Shown: piece after piece, positions 18,901-28,053 of the stretch
How the letters are laid out: every line of letters begins with the position of its first letter
Position numbering within the stretch: position 1 is the first letter of the stretch
Virus record (IMG/VR): IMGVR_UViG_3300037155_000096
Origin: a virus
Reading direction: 5' to 3' (one strand)
DNA: 64,000 nucleotides
The notes under the pieces: model-generated
What the model saw: the letters and a program-made list of their open reading frames with translations, nothing else
Database searches by the model: none
What the model was told of the DNA's origin: nothing
Made by a program: the position numbers and the translations under genes

Positions 18901-21900
18901 CCGGAAATATGGATCTTGGCTGTTGCTGCTATAATTCCCAGACCGAAATTACCTGTCGATGTAAGCGCTGCTAATACCGTCCCTGCCAGACCACTAAAAC
19001 TATTTGACGTGTCCGTAGCGAAAAGCAAATTGCCTGTACTAGCTTGAACAAGTAACGAATATCTTCTTGCTGCTAAACTTCCATCCTGAATCAAATTTAT
19101 TCCGGCATCATAAGCACCCTTGTAGTTCTTTGCGGAGAAGACTCCATTATAACTATCTGCCTTCATACAGAACGACGCACCTGAGCCATCTGATGCATTA
19201 TTCCCCTCGAAAAGTGCCACATTACCGCCTGCCGAGCCACCCCTAACTTCCAAATGATAGGTGGGGCCGGAGAGTCCAACGCCTACGTTGCCACCATTCG
19301 CATTCAGATATGAATTGGCGGTACTTCCACTTATCCAGCTACCTATGTTTGCTGTGCCGCCATCATAAATTCTTAGCCCGCCCGAACCGTTTCCATAGCC
19401 GACGAAGACTGAGCCAGTGCCTTTTGCTCTCACTATTATATTATCATTGGCAGAGGGACTTATCGTTCCAATATACCCGCCACCAGTTATACTAACCCGA
19501 GTGGCGCCAGGTACTCCGAAATAAGAAGTTCCATTTACCTCCAAGGTAACTGCCGGAATACAGCCGATACCTATATATCCTGCATTCGTAACCGTAACCA
19601 GCTGGGTGTCCTGTGCTGTGTTAAAAATCTCGATATTCGAGTTGAAGCCTGTCAGCAATCTTAAATTGTTCGAAGCCGTCAGCCTAATCAGGGGGACTAC
19701 GGTTCCCGATGTATTCTTGGATAGCAAAGCATTGTTATTCGGAATAAATATCTCACCATTAACATCCAGCTTGTTATCTGGAGTCATTCCGATTCCAACT
19801 TTACCAGCATTCGTAATCGTAATGTTCGCCCCTGCAATAATGGTTGCATCATTGTAGTTGGCTAATCCGCTCGCATTTCCGATATATAAACTTCCCGCTG
19901 TCTGAGCAATGAATCCTTCCCTATTACCATAATTGAATAACGATACAACCGCCGCTTTATTTGCACCATGCCCCATTACCCTTACAGTATTCTGAGAGTC
20001 ATTATCTCCTACATGTAATCTGGTCGCAGCATCTGGACGCCCTATGCCCACACCAGTATTGACGATTGTCAGTCTATAGTCCGTACCCTCGGCATTGTGA
20101 AAATAATGAGCCTCACTTTTATAATGTATCTCGTCGTCGCCGAGCGTAATCGTGTCCGACCAGCCCGAGATCGTGACATTCCCGCTGTTCCCATTACCCC
20201 CAAGGTCATGCACTTCTAAATATCCCGATAGTCGAATGCCACCGTCGACATCCAGGGCTACAGCTGGCGACATCACATTGATGCCGACACACTCGCCTTG
20301 TACGATAAGCGTTGGCACGTCGCCATTAGTTCCGAATAAAAGTCTTCCCGATGTATTCCGATATGCTATGTCTCCGGCTTCAGAATCTGTGAACCAATGT
20401 CCTGGGATTTGCACATAAGCAATCCATGCATCTGCACCCGCTCCGCCACTGCCTATGCCGGATGGGCCGGTTATCGGCATGTCTATCCACATGGCATTGC
20501 CGTTAAACATTGAAACTGTCAACTTGTGCGTATCAGTGCCGAATACAGCATCCCCTGCAACCGCCAATGAAGTCAAGACTCCGACCGAAGTCAGATAGGA
20601 TGCCAACACGCCATTTCCCAAAGCGGTTGCGCTTAATACCTGGACGTTGTTTATCTTGAATACTTTTCCGGTTAATAAGTTCCAGTTCTCACTCGCGGTC
20701 CAGTTGACATTCGGACTGTCCCATGTAATCGTTTTATCTATCGTGCCCTTTAATGTCAGACCGCCGCCATTTGCTGTCCCATCAGTAGGCGTATTAACTG
20801 AACCGATCTCAATGTTCTTGTCATCAACCGTTAAGGTCGTAGCATTGATCGTTACCGTAGTACCATTGACAGTAAAACAGCCACCTATGGTCAAATCATT
20901 TGTAATCGTCAGCGCGGAAAATGTCGGACTGCTCGTGGTGAGCAATGCTTGGTTCAAATCAAATCCATCCACCTGATCGGCGTTCAACCCCGTTACCAGA
21001 TGTCCCCGTGCATTAGAATTCAGGACGAAGGGCGCAACAGGAGACGGCGGGTTTACATTTACAATTCCATTTATCGTAGCATCGTGCGCGGTAGTTAAAT
21101 ACGAAAAGGTGACGATACTTGTTGTAGCAAGTGCCTGGTTAATTGCATCCAGATACGTCTTATTACTATGAACGTGATGAATCGTCGCATCGCCTGTTGT
21201 GGCTATATGCGTGTCTATTACTGAGTGTGCGTTCGTACCGACCCCGGATAAGTCCGAGTGATTTCTCGTAGCCATATCAGTCAGATTCGAGCCGGACTTA
21301 CTTATCTTAGTCCATGCTATTGCCGCAGCACTTGCGATGTCCGCGTTACTCAGCTGAGCTAACGTTGAGAGCACGCCGCTTGCGTCGGCTTTCAGAAATC
21401 CACTTACAAGACTGCTTAGCGTTATGCCGCCTGATACCGAAAGACCTCTTGACAGGCTGAAGATCGTTCCGTTGTAAGACAATATGCCCTGAACGGTGTT
21501 ATCAAAAATCAATTTGGTCAGAGAACTACCGCCTACACCTATTGTAAATATCGGACTCGTAGTCCCCATTAAATTGCTTGCCGCAGCGTAAGTGCTGCCT
21601 GCCAGGTAGATATTGCCTCTTACCGTGAGGGATTCCACTTCCACGTCCATTCCCTTAAAGACAAATTCGCTGGCACTCATCTTAAAATAACTTTGCGGCG
21701 TCTGATAAACCAGAAGTCCTTGTCCACTCAGAATAACTTTCGGTGCATACGCTGTCAGATATATCTGATCGACAAACAGTTCATTGTCAAAGTCACAGTC
21801 CTCTCCATAAACCGCATCTCCGCTACGGACCACAAATTCGAGCTTGAAGGCATTGGACGTGTGCTGAAAACTTATGGTGACATTATTCCAGTCGCTCATT

Positions 21901-23786
21901 ATGTTCGAATACTCGTATTCGGCTAGATACGGATCTATAACGACCGTATGGAGCGTTCCATAGTTTAATCCCACCTTCTTTAACAACGTTCCGGTAGCCG
22001 AGTCCTTTATGTTTACATAAGCTTCGCCAGCCTGAGCACCGATAGCATTTGACTTCGCCCTGAACGAAAGGACATAAGTGCTCGCTGTTCCCGGAACACC
22101 TTCAGGCACCGTGGCTCCAGTCTTCAGCGCAACCGTTGTCAAATCATACGCTGCTTGTTCTTTTCCTGTACTCAAGTCCAAAGCGCCACCCGTAATCGTC
22201 GCACCACCCAAAACAAGAGCTGTTACATTCCAATACGTAGCAAGCGGGGAGAAAACTGGCAGAGCATTGGCACCCCTGAGAGCTGTCGGATCATCGAATA
22301 TCGTTGTCGAGTCCGTAATTACTATCTTATTGCCGACTGTTATTCCGGTGGAGTTCAGAGCAATCGAGGGAGTCAGAAATGAGCCACCAAATCCACCTGA
22401 ATTTGCCCATAACTTGCCTTGCTGTAATATAAAATTGGCGCTCTGCACCTGTATGTCCGAGCCATCCCAGTAAATTCCTTTACTCAGCGCGCCCGAGACT
22501 ACCGAGCCTACTCTGAAAATTCCATTTGTCGAGTCGGACATAAAAAGACCATTACCAGCCAAAGCGGCTGTGGCATTAGCTGAGCGTAGGATTCCGCTGT
22601 AAGCTCCATCTGTACCCAATGTCAGGCAATGAGTTATAACCGCATCATCTGTTAAGAGCAGTCCCGTTGCTACTGTCTCGAAATATGCAAGGGCTGTCCA
22701 GTGTGTCAGATCGAATGTTCCGGTCGAGTTATCAACCTTGCAGAAATAATAAACCCAAGGATCTGTTATTAAAACTCTGTATCTAGCTACATCTCTGAAA
22801 TCATTAGTCGCGCGGTATGTTTTCGTCGGATCGTAAGTTCCCCTATAAGTTACGCCTGGTCCGTTAATTCCGTTAGCTCCTGCCGCACCTGTCGCCCCCT
22901 GTTTGGACTTTACAAAACTGAATCGTTTCGTAGTTACATACGTAGAACCATCCAGAATGACAATATCCGCATAGCCCGTGTCGGCCATAAACATGTCAAT
23001 GGTTATCCGGGAGCCGTCTTCAGGTATGGCTGCGTTACAGCCGTAGGCAGACGAATCTTCCTCTGAGAATGTCGGCGTTATTTCATTGATGCCCTTGAAA
23101 AGCTGAACATCTGTGTAACCTGATGACGGTACCGGGTTATTGCCATCTTTATCAGTAGCAATGACCAGAACTTCATTTGAGAGAATTACTGAATAGGCTC
23201 CGGAGCCATCCGTTAACCGCGTAAGCGTTAGAACATCCATCATCGGAGTCATAACTCTTCCATCCAGCAATCCTTCTACCGTACAAGTTATTACAATCAG
23301 ATCGCTGCTGAAATCCGTTGCCAGAACAGTTAGCGTTGACGTGTGTCCCGATTGAGTGACACCATTCTTTGTCCATATAAAATTTGTGGGCGAGATGTTC
23401 GTAACAGAACATGTAACAATCGTGGAACTTGGTGTTATCGAGCCATCTTCATAACGCTTGAAAATGCCGCCACAGTTCGAATTCAGTGCAATCGCCCCGA
23501 AACTCGTACCGCTTCCTACCTGGAATGATTCCCAATCTCCATCCGGTACTAACTTAGGCAGATACCCGCCACCGTAGAATCTTAATTCATATTTACCGTC
23601 GGGTATCTCGTCTTTCGGGACCACCAGGGAATACTTGCCATATAGTCTGGTTACGTCCCTTGCGACCACTTTCGCGAGGGCAGGATCATATATGACTACC
23701 TCTACGCCAACGTCCGGCAATCCATTGGAACCGAACTTCTGACCATAGATAATAACGGAATCGTCATTATACGTAATGCCTATCAT
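12933..23786 (-). CDS. Giant (3617 aa) tail fibre / host-specificity protein
   Basis: Continuous 10.8-kb ORF after the baseplate genes. Many GNVGIG..P...LDV.G repeats, probable carbohydrate-binding modules, Gly/Ser/Thr-rich shaft. Confidence 0.85.
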   Translation of the reverse strand: MIGITYNDDSVIIYGQKFGSNGLPDVGVEVVIYDPALAKVVARDVTRLYGKYSLVVPKDEIPDGKYELRFYGGGYLPKLVPDGDWESFQVGSGTSFGAIALNSNCGGIFKRYEDGSITPSSTIVTCSVTNISPTNFIWTKNGVTQSGHTSTLTVLATDFSSDLIVITCTVEGLLDGRVMTPMMDVLTLTRLTDGSGAYSVILSNEVLVIATDKDGNNPVPSSGYTDVQLFKGINEITPTFSEEDSSAYGCNAAIPEDGSRITIDMFMADTGYADIVILDGSTYVTTKRFSFVKSKQGATGAAGANGINGPGVTYRGTYDPTKTYRATNDFRDVARYRVLITDPWVYYFCKVDNSTGTFDLTHWTALAYFETVATGLLLTDDAVITHCLTLGTDGAYSGILRSANATAALAGNGLFMSDSTNGIFRVGSVVSGALSKGIYWDGSDIQVQSANFILQQGKLWANSGGFGGSFLTPSIALNSTGITVGNKIVITDSTTIFDDPTALRGANALPVFSPLATYWNVTALVLGGATITGGALDLSTGKEQAAYDLTTVALKTGATVPEGVPGTASTYVLSFRAKSNAIGAQAGEAYVNIKDSATGTLLKKVGLNYGTLHTVVIDPYLAEYEYSNIMSDWNNVTISFQHTSNAFKLEFVVRSGDAVYGEDCDFDNELFVDQIYLTAYAPKVILSGQGLLVYQTPQSYFKMSASEFVFKGMDVEVESLTVRGNIYLAGSTYAAASNLMGTTSPIFTIGVGGSSLTKLIFDNTVQGILSYNGTIFSLSRGLSVSGGITLSSLVSGFLKADASGVLSTLAQLSNADIASAAAIAWTKISKSGSNLTDMATRNHSDLSGVGTNAHSVIDTHIATTGDATIHHVHSNKTYLDAINQALATTSIVTFSYLTTAHDATINGIVNVNPPSPVAPFVLNSNARGHLVTGLNADQVDGFDLNQALLTTSSPTFSALTITNDLTIGGCFTVNGTTVTINATTLTVDDKNIEIGSVNTPTDGTANGGGLTLKGTIDKTITWDSPNVNWTASENWNLLTGKVFKINNVQVLSATALGNGVLASYLTSVGVLTSLAVAGDAVFGTDTHKLTVSMFNGNAMWIDMPITGPSGIGSGGAGADAWIAYVQIPGHWFTDSEAGDIAYRNTSGRLLFGTNGDVPTLIVQGECVGINVMSPAVALDVDGGIRLSGYLEVHDLGGNGNSGNVTISGWSDTITLGDDEIHYKSEAHYFHNAEGTDYRLTIVNTGVGIGRPDAATRLHVGDNDSQNTVRVMGHGANKAAVVSLFNYGNREGFIAQTAGSLYIGNASGLANYNDATIIAGANITITNAGKVGIGMTPDNKLDVNGEIFIPNNNALLSKNTSGTVVPLIRLTASNNLRLLTGFNSNIEIFNTAQDTQLVTVTNAGYIGIGCIPAVTLEVNGTSYFGVPGATRVSITGGGYIGTISPSANDNIIVRAKGTGSVFVGYGNGSGGLRIYDGGTANIGSWISGSTANSYLNANGGNVGVGLSGPTYHLEVRGGSAGGNVALFEGNNASDGSGASFCMKADSYNGVFSAKNYKGAYDAGINLIQDGSLAARRYSLLVQASTGNLLFATDTSNSFSGLAGTVLAALTSTGNFGLGIIAATAKIHISGNGGWASAIRMDNTSGHNWSMYPTASYYTINDETAGVARISIDNTGNVGIGRNPGSKLDVNGDLRVSQATGTSAVPYIRLYNTDTGGWMWRIGLHSSDFYIGAANDTDQLLTISSAGIVTIKSTADSALTNCGGISKNDFASQTTGYRITQHGDADFRSIYADQLHVKSFIADLEQTLAGEQMICKSVAKLAVNFVYVPGDGDDGWGDYYVTVEEFDGFIGNVFEDNDVVRFRVQSRISGGLNVTDMYGWVFFDSRYGSGADPKPWTQTYLFQPFQYPTSAITFMKGSLALDYGAAGNGYYEVSAIDGNNGSNSPYSQIVTWDYDYDEEWNTLMSPTVQSRLGNLAGLTSPVFGALKDYGLWTQNLFAEKNVSISGTLTAGDIRGVGNTFMAGRITRNLAPYSDYSNHVYGTVYTCDPSTGFGWGGDTGTAVCYANGGYSDLPYKVLNKTTGGTGGIYLDSSPGIQIYSGRTYLISCWLKASSAYTDTDGQMLGLNRIADNVYKSGTTPLSITTEWKRFYRTYFASSSDTGIYQNRAILYEDAILPLSVYSCGFQVEDITGTIQKIPSQFQPTDAGSAITYGPELITNGTDWVHSTNVTPGLADGFVATYDSAKFTVTYSLTSGNGFTGNAQRVHLDTSTSGGAGGWWGIMNGPTNQLTVGKKYSFSMKYRSSYPMCIQAQGGAVYVNYPVNTGSCQSATGTFIATSPGFFMGVCLTSFAGSWLEIDEASLKEITENDEEYGMWVCAGGIGGTMQNPVVSIADYGLRIRSAEHTIGLADGSIMIGNITGTAVSALKLTNTGVPLTSGLFGYTSGGGESFALRLNGTASLAGWDFDTATLSSASKVFISTAAQTAAVDTIKIDAADTRIFVGSSISLSGLSTGTILIGSAASVDAGVGIYADGNGNFRAGMATSSGTDFIKVTPIATTIKASVFSLIANTDDLVIDSVSKKISLAAGAIVLDGGVSATCSVVTVGPTAGSKIQLYGDTNLASISTGKTSYSDTTAGFWIARNSGVTEFYAGDANSYLKFISTGVVSIKTSSFTLASGKTVASDTTNAGLWINGTDFYVGTASDASYLKYVSGALSMKASTFNLSTSTIVISSASTGSIALGSATAFGTGTGLWLDGGGNFRAGTTAGNRISYASDGTVTLVSNYAQITGNSGWLGASNFLTWSGTTVTAAGWTIDASRIYKSLALGVGAGYVSLANEHGGTGYGQNIYSAGLSLSVDTGVVSYNMYFGELPIAKDGSNNWTFGSTPTTRKHGFGIFDYNNASPFIEFSYLNNVKKAVIAGWDFTTSMLRNGVTAGNTGNTMYFNNANTTGTGTIYGQEIILKGIVQVWRQSNNAGHLVLGELAASATSVKTGYYGLQMMDHNGNEFFALSSDTVSTAVGDHSYNRLAGFAFSYQSIWSSNLAGGSDGAYTTAGVILNSSGWISAKNFYIDSSGNAKFRGDISGASGTFTGSITGASGTIGGITFNASGITSTNFSVSTSGVATLTGANVNGSLNVTSASAFSGAISVTGSSITLSGGSLIAGNVTLNSSGLSGTNYSINASGVTATAGAIGGFALGAHTLSTGSGATLLEFSNLTSNLYVKGGTAAISANVVLGAGFYIGQDPSNNAFGAFIGSATGTNLFYNGNTGILNLAGSITSTATITGGTIQTASSGARIKMTGNNVSLYAGSSWSNSSAISFLVGTAVKFNIWADGDTILNIGTDAWTGTAGARILIGSTNDRSWNPVGLNDLRFMSSGAIEGAMNLGTNAAITTTSLLPRGLTVVSMDAPAGVAIVSDGAEGSGNFATGHIKVQAKSADGQWGVVSGSVNYNFGMYPHGAHISWGAVAGASVYRVYIYEDGDYSKYIDTTNTGMFITSRGSNYFTDVQPEVCAVFTKTVIFKGQHADGLYEMGTGTSIVDWNNGNKQRITNASDGMTYSLTFKNPLVGAGYILLFTASESIDAITFPSNIRWAGGIAPDGSSGNLSCSFIYDGTNYLGYYTVN

Positions 23787-25939
23787 AACGCACTATTCTC
23801 CCTTACTGAAGTGCTTAGCGGAATCGCATATATCGTTAATCGGCCACTGATGCCGCCTCTATTAAGCCCAGCTACTGCGTCCCATACATCTGCAATTAAA
23901 TTTCTTTCTCCGTGAGTCTGCGAGATTATCAAGTCCGCGTCATTAGTGAATACGCTGTCACTTGCATTGATCGTTGGTATCGAATCATACTGAGCCTCGT
24001 TTCCTTCCTGATATACCCTGAGCGTAACGTCCTCTCCCATGTGAGCATCGCAGTCAAAGTCGATTTTGATGAGCTGATAGTCAATGGGTAACTTATTTAC
24101 TCTCAGGATCTGTCTCCCTCTTTTAGAACCGGCTATCAGAGCATCATGCGCACCTGTTGACGGCCATGTCGTTACACCGTTCATACTTCCAAGCTGAATA
24201 GTATTTCCATCCGCATACATTATCATGTAGTCTATCAATGTGCCTGATACGTTAATGCTGATGACTTCTCCGACCACTGCGCCGGGTAGGCTCGTGACAC
24301 TATAACCGCCTGTACCAGGCACCATCTGAACCGTCACGGCTGAGATCACTCCTACATAATCATGAATCATTGTAATTACGCATGCGTAGCTTCTGATGTC
24401 AATATAAGACGATACGATAGGAACTGCATTGGGCGGTATTCCTGCCGAACCAGAGGTAACTGAACCTACGAGCGATGCCCCGACCTGCTGACCTGATATT
24501 AGCGGACGCACCTTGCAGCTATAAGTCGCAGATGCATTAGTCGATATCTGACATGTTTTTCCCGAGAACACCTGAGTCAGGTGATTCGCATTCGCAAAAT
24601 CGGCCACTCCCGAGGTGGTGAAACATGCTTCGTATTTCTCAGCCGCATCCCATCCTGTAATCGCGATATCAAAACCATTCTTGCTCTGGGTAAGAGTCAG
24701 GGCTGCGCCCGCGCTGTCAATATCCGGGAACTTAGCTAAAAATCTTCCTGCCGGCAGCATAATGTAATTTCCAGGGAGTCCGTTTTTTACACCACGTATA
24801 TAAATGTCATACAAAGTCGCTACTTCCAGCTCAAGCCATGTTTCCATTTTCGTATGATCGGTAGCATAGTCGGTGGTTCTCTCCACTCTGTCAGTAATCT
24901 GAGGCACTCCGCCTACTACCGGGACTGCTGCAATCTCATAATGATCTGCATTGAAATGTATCGTCGCAAACTTTGTTCCGGTTATACTTTTCGTCCCGAG
25001 ACTTATCGGATCTCCATTCTCATCTTCCAAAACTAAATCGGTTGTTCCGTGTTCGGTTGCCCCGCTGGTCGTTACTTTTGCAGATAACGTGAAACCGCTT
25101 TCCATATAGTAAACCCATGCGCCCATAAAGGCATCATCCAGAACTTCCACGCCGGTTATCTGAAATAAATCACCTGTCAGGACACCCTGAACAGTTCCCT
25201 CATAACCCCATGCCAGTTTCACCCTCAATCTGTTGGAATATGCCGATACCAAATCTCTTGCTACCAGCAGTCTATTTATATCATCGACATTCACAAGCTT
25301 AGTTCCTATGATACTCGTAACTCTGAAATTAAAAATGTCTACAGGCGGAGTAGGTTTTAGTACTACTTCGACTCCGGTTCCCGCAGGACCGCCTACATAA
25401 AACTTCTTTGCCGAAGTGAACGTATCCGTATTCGGAAGGTGCATCTGACTCCAGATCTCTGCGACCAGACTTGTATTCGTAGTGTGCGGTACCGACCATT
25501 GAATAGCTCCGCTTACTACACTTGCTATTTGCAGGTGAAACACCGTGGACGTATCTGCTGGCATCGTAGCATTTCTTGAAAGGACTCCTGAACAAGTCTT
25601 TCCACTCACAGTAAACGTTGCAAAAATCTTATCTCCGTTTACCGCCGTACCAGATAGTGTCTGCGTAACGACATCAAGGTACATGTTCTTATACAGGATT
25701 CTTCCCGCCTGCGTAACCGTCACGGCTCCGGGGATTGCCAGATCTACACCGACGGACATTCCTCCCAATGCTTTATGGAATATCTCCTTAAACAGACTTT
25801 GACCAGCGTTAATGGCGTACTCGGCATTGTCTGCCGCATCTTTCGCTAGCAAATTGATGAAGGCATCATTTAACGGATCTCCATCAGCCAGTTTGGATAA
25901 CGGATTATGGTACGTATTATTCGGTGTGTAGGTATTCAT
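23783..25939 (-). CDS. Baseplate/tail-fibre attachment structural protein
   Basis: 718 aa, beta-sandwich-like composition, follows the gpI-like gene; 4-bp overlap with the giant fibre. Confidence 0.6.
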   Translation of the reverse strand: MNTYTPNNTYHNPLSKLADGDPLNDAFINLLAKDAADNAEYAINAGQSLFKEIFHKALGGMSVGVDLAIPGAVTVTQAGRILYKNMYLDVVTQTLSGTAVNGDKIFATFTVSGKTCSGVLSRNATMPADTSTVFHLQIASVVSGAIQWSVPHTTNTSLVAEIWSQMHLPNTDTFTSAKKFYVGGPAGTGVEVVLKPTPPVDIFNFRVTSIIGTKLVNVDDINRLLVARDLVSAYSNRLRVKLAWGYEGTVQGVLTGDLFQITGVEVLDDAFMGAWVYYMESGFTLSAKVTTSGATEHGTTDLVLEDENGDPISLGTKSITGTKFATIHFNADHYEIAAVPVVGGVPQITDRVERTTDYATDHTKMETWLELEVATLYDIYIRGVKNGLPGNYIMLPAGRFLAKFPDIDSAGAALTLTQSKNGFDIAITGWDAAEKYEACFTTSGVADFANANHLTQVFSGKTCQISTNASATYSCKVRPLISGQQVGASLVGSVTSGSAGIPPNAVPIVSSYIDIRSYACVITMIHDYVGVISAVTVQMVPGTGGYSVTSLPGAVVGEVISINVSGTLIDYMIMYADGNTIQLGSMNGVTTWPSTGAHDALIAGSKRGRQILRVNKLPIDYQLIKIDFDCDAHMGEDVTLRVYQEGNEAQYDSIPTINASDSVFTNDADLIISQTHGERNLIADVWDAVAGLNRGGISGRLTIYAIPLSTSVRENSAL

Positions 25940-25973
25940 CTCTCAATATTCCTTAGCATTAAATTTCGTTAAA

Positions 25974-26657
25974 TTATAAGAGCCGTGGACGTGTCGTCCT
26001 TAGCGTCTCAAAGGGCACGCTATCAATCAGTATATGTATCGGCGTGATTCTTTTTACTGCTTCTTCAAGCGATTTATTAAATATCGTATCGGTGGAATCA
26101 TATCCCTCCACCTTTATTCTAAGAAGACTTTTAATCTCAGATAACGGACTCAGAAGATGGCTTTCCGCCAATAGATTCGAGCCGGCCTTCATGGGTACTC
26201 CCTCTGACTCCCCATCCATTCCACAAGTAAGTTGAATCAGTGTCGTTCCGAGTATATAATGATCGCCGCACTTGGGCCAGTATTCGTAAATTTCCGTAAT
26301 GTCCGAATTTTTATCGTAACTGCTTATCAGGGTTTGAAAGGCGAGTCGCGTGCCTTTTCTATCAATCCATTTCGAAGCCAACTGAACAAATGCCTTTTGC
26401 TTGTCCATGAAATTTCTATCAACCTGGATATTAAAGTTCTCCGCCATATCCGCTAATTCGCTATCTCTTACCGTGGATCCTCTTTTGGACGCCAGAAGGT
26501 CATCTGCCGCTAGCTTGAACATCGCCTGTGCTTCCGCCATGACATAAATAAACTTCTTCATGTTATCATCAGCCGCATGATGAGCTGGTATCTGAGACAT
26601 CATGGACTGTGCGATTTCTTCCGTACCCTTGCTATAAACAATATCCATCTGTTCCAT
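25974..26657 (-). CDS. Baseplate protein (P2 gpI / T4 gp7-like)
   Basis: KWIDRKGTRLAF (the KGT motif) and AVKRITPIHILI are typical of gpI-like wedge proteins. Confidence 0.65.
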   Translation of the reverse strand: MEQMDIVYSKGTEEIAQSMMSQIPAHHAADDNMKKFIYVMAEAQAMFKLAADDLLASKRGSTVRDSELADMAENFNIQVDRNFMDKQKAFVQLASKWIDRKGTRLAFQTLISSYDKNSDITEIYEYWPKCGDHYILGTTLIQLTCGMDGESEGVPMKAGSNLLAESHLLSPLSEIKSLLRIKVEGYDSTDTIFNKSLEEAVKRITPIHILIDSVPFETLRTTRPRLL

Positions 26658-27301
26658 TACATCCTCCCCGTAAAATGTATTCCGGTTTCATCCTGACACG
26701 ATTCTTCAATGGTGACCGTCAGACTTGCTTTCTTAGGCGTTCCGTCCATGAAGAACTTCTGATATTCAATCTGGGCATCTTTTACTATGCCCGTAATGAC
26801 GTTGTTCACTTTTCCTACTCTCGATAAGAACTTCATGAGATTCATGGTCTCCGGAAATATTACTCTCACCTGCGGAGGCGGCTCTACGGAGGTATCGGAA
26901 TACTTTGGATAAGTCAATGCCCTCAGCCAGCCCAATGCTCGATCAATGTCTATATTGTAGTTATCAACCTTTTTTATCGTGTCTGCCCCACTGTCCTTGT
27001 AATCGAATGCGTTTGTGTCAGACGGCTGGGGAAGCAATGCATTATTCACCGAGCCAAGAGACTCCCTGAAAAGCGTTATTGCAAAACTTATTGTCCTGCC
27101 GCCACCTGACTGCCACATCTGTAAAGGATGCGAACCACCAGGTGTCTGCTTGCTGTCCCAATTCGTAGAGTTTCCATCAGAGATCGTCTCCGGAAAGAAC
27201 TGAAGGATCATACGATTGACGCCCTCGATGTTTCCCTTGACCATCTTAATCTTGATATTCGCCTTCTGACTTCTGTCCATGAATTCGATTTTGGTCGACA
27301 T
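26657..27301 (-). CDS. Tube-initiator-like protein (contractile system tube family)
   Basis: LQFFPETISD...PLQMWQSGGGRTISFAITL...PPPQVRVIF...GTPKKASLTVTIEE. Confidence 0.7.
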   Translation of the reverse strand: MSTKIEFMDRSQKANIKIKMVKGNIEGVNRMILQFFPETISDGNSTNWDSKQTPGGSHPLQMWQSGGGRTISFAITLFRESLGSVNNALLPQPSDTNAFDYKDSGADTIKKVDNYNIDIDRALGWLRALTYPKYSDTSVEPPPQVRVIFPETMNLMKFLSRVGKVNNVITGIVKDAQIEYQKFFMDGTPKKASLTVTIEESCQDETGIHFTGRM

Positions 27302-28053
27302 TACAATACCTCAACCGTAAATACTTCATCCAACGAACCAACCCCCTTACTGATTATATGCTCACTCCTGGCTAACAAAAGATTGCCGTACTCATCGATT
27401 CCACTTTGAGAGTTCTCCACGTAACTGTCGCCACTTGGAAGGTTAATACTTACATTGGCGCTTGAGAGTCCATCTACCAGCTGTATAGCCTCATATATCT
27501 CCGAAAGATATAACGACTGATTGAAATCCCTTCCCCTGACCAGATCAATCATAACCTGCTGAACGTTCCGCCTGACCTCATCCGCCACATAACCTTTTTT
27601 TACCCTGATGATCGCATCTAAACAGCACTCCACAATCATACCCATTCCCGATGTACTCTCATGCGTTACATTTATAAGCCTTCTTTCATCCAGGTATCCC
27701 GATAACTCTTCAAGCAAATCATTTCCAGGGGCTACATAAAAACCGTCCTTATCGTATGTCAATGCATAGACGACAACATGGTTAGCATTGCCAGTCGCGG
27801 AAATTATTCCGCTTACATATGATTTTATCTTTCCCACATCAAAACTTGCGGTCTGCAGGAATGTCTTGATCTCATTTAAGTCAGATTGCATCACCGTTAA
27901 TTTCGCTGCATACATATCCCTGAAATTCTTTAAGGTCGATATGGCTGTATTCATCGCACTTACTGAAGTTGCGGCTCTAAGTTTCAGAGCGGAGATCATC
28001 GCTTGCGCATTATTCATCCTCACCGTGAGTTCTATATTTGTCATAATATTCAT
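27301..28053 (-). CDS. Baseplate wedge (gpJ/gp6-like), C-terminal part
   Basis: HVVVYAL...LSGYLDERRL...LYLSEIYEAIQLVDG matches the baseplate J C-terminal domains. Confidence 0.7.
   Translation of the reverse strand: MNIMTNIELTVRMNNAQAMISALKLRAATSVSAMNTAISTLKNFRDMYAAKLTVMQSDLNEIKTFLQTASFDVGKIKSYVSGIISATGNANHVVVYALTYDKDGFYVAPGNDLLEELSGYLDERRLINVTHESTSGMGMIVECCLDAIIRVKKGYVADEVRRNVQQVMIDLVRGRDFNQSLYLSEIYEAIQLVDGLSSANVSINLPSGDSYVENSQSGIDEYGNLLLARSEHIISKGVGSLDEVFTVEVL

Noticed and set aside
7058-23786. Diversity-generating retroelement targeting the fibres
   Set aside because: No reverse transcriptase, and no near-identical repeat pair differing at adenines in the window. The fibre repeats are diverged at all bases.
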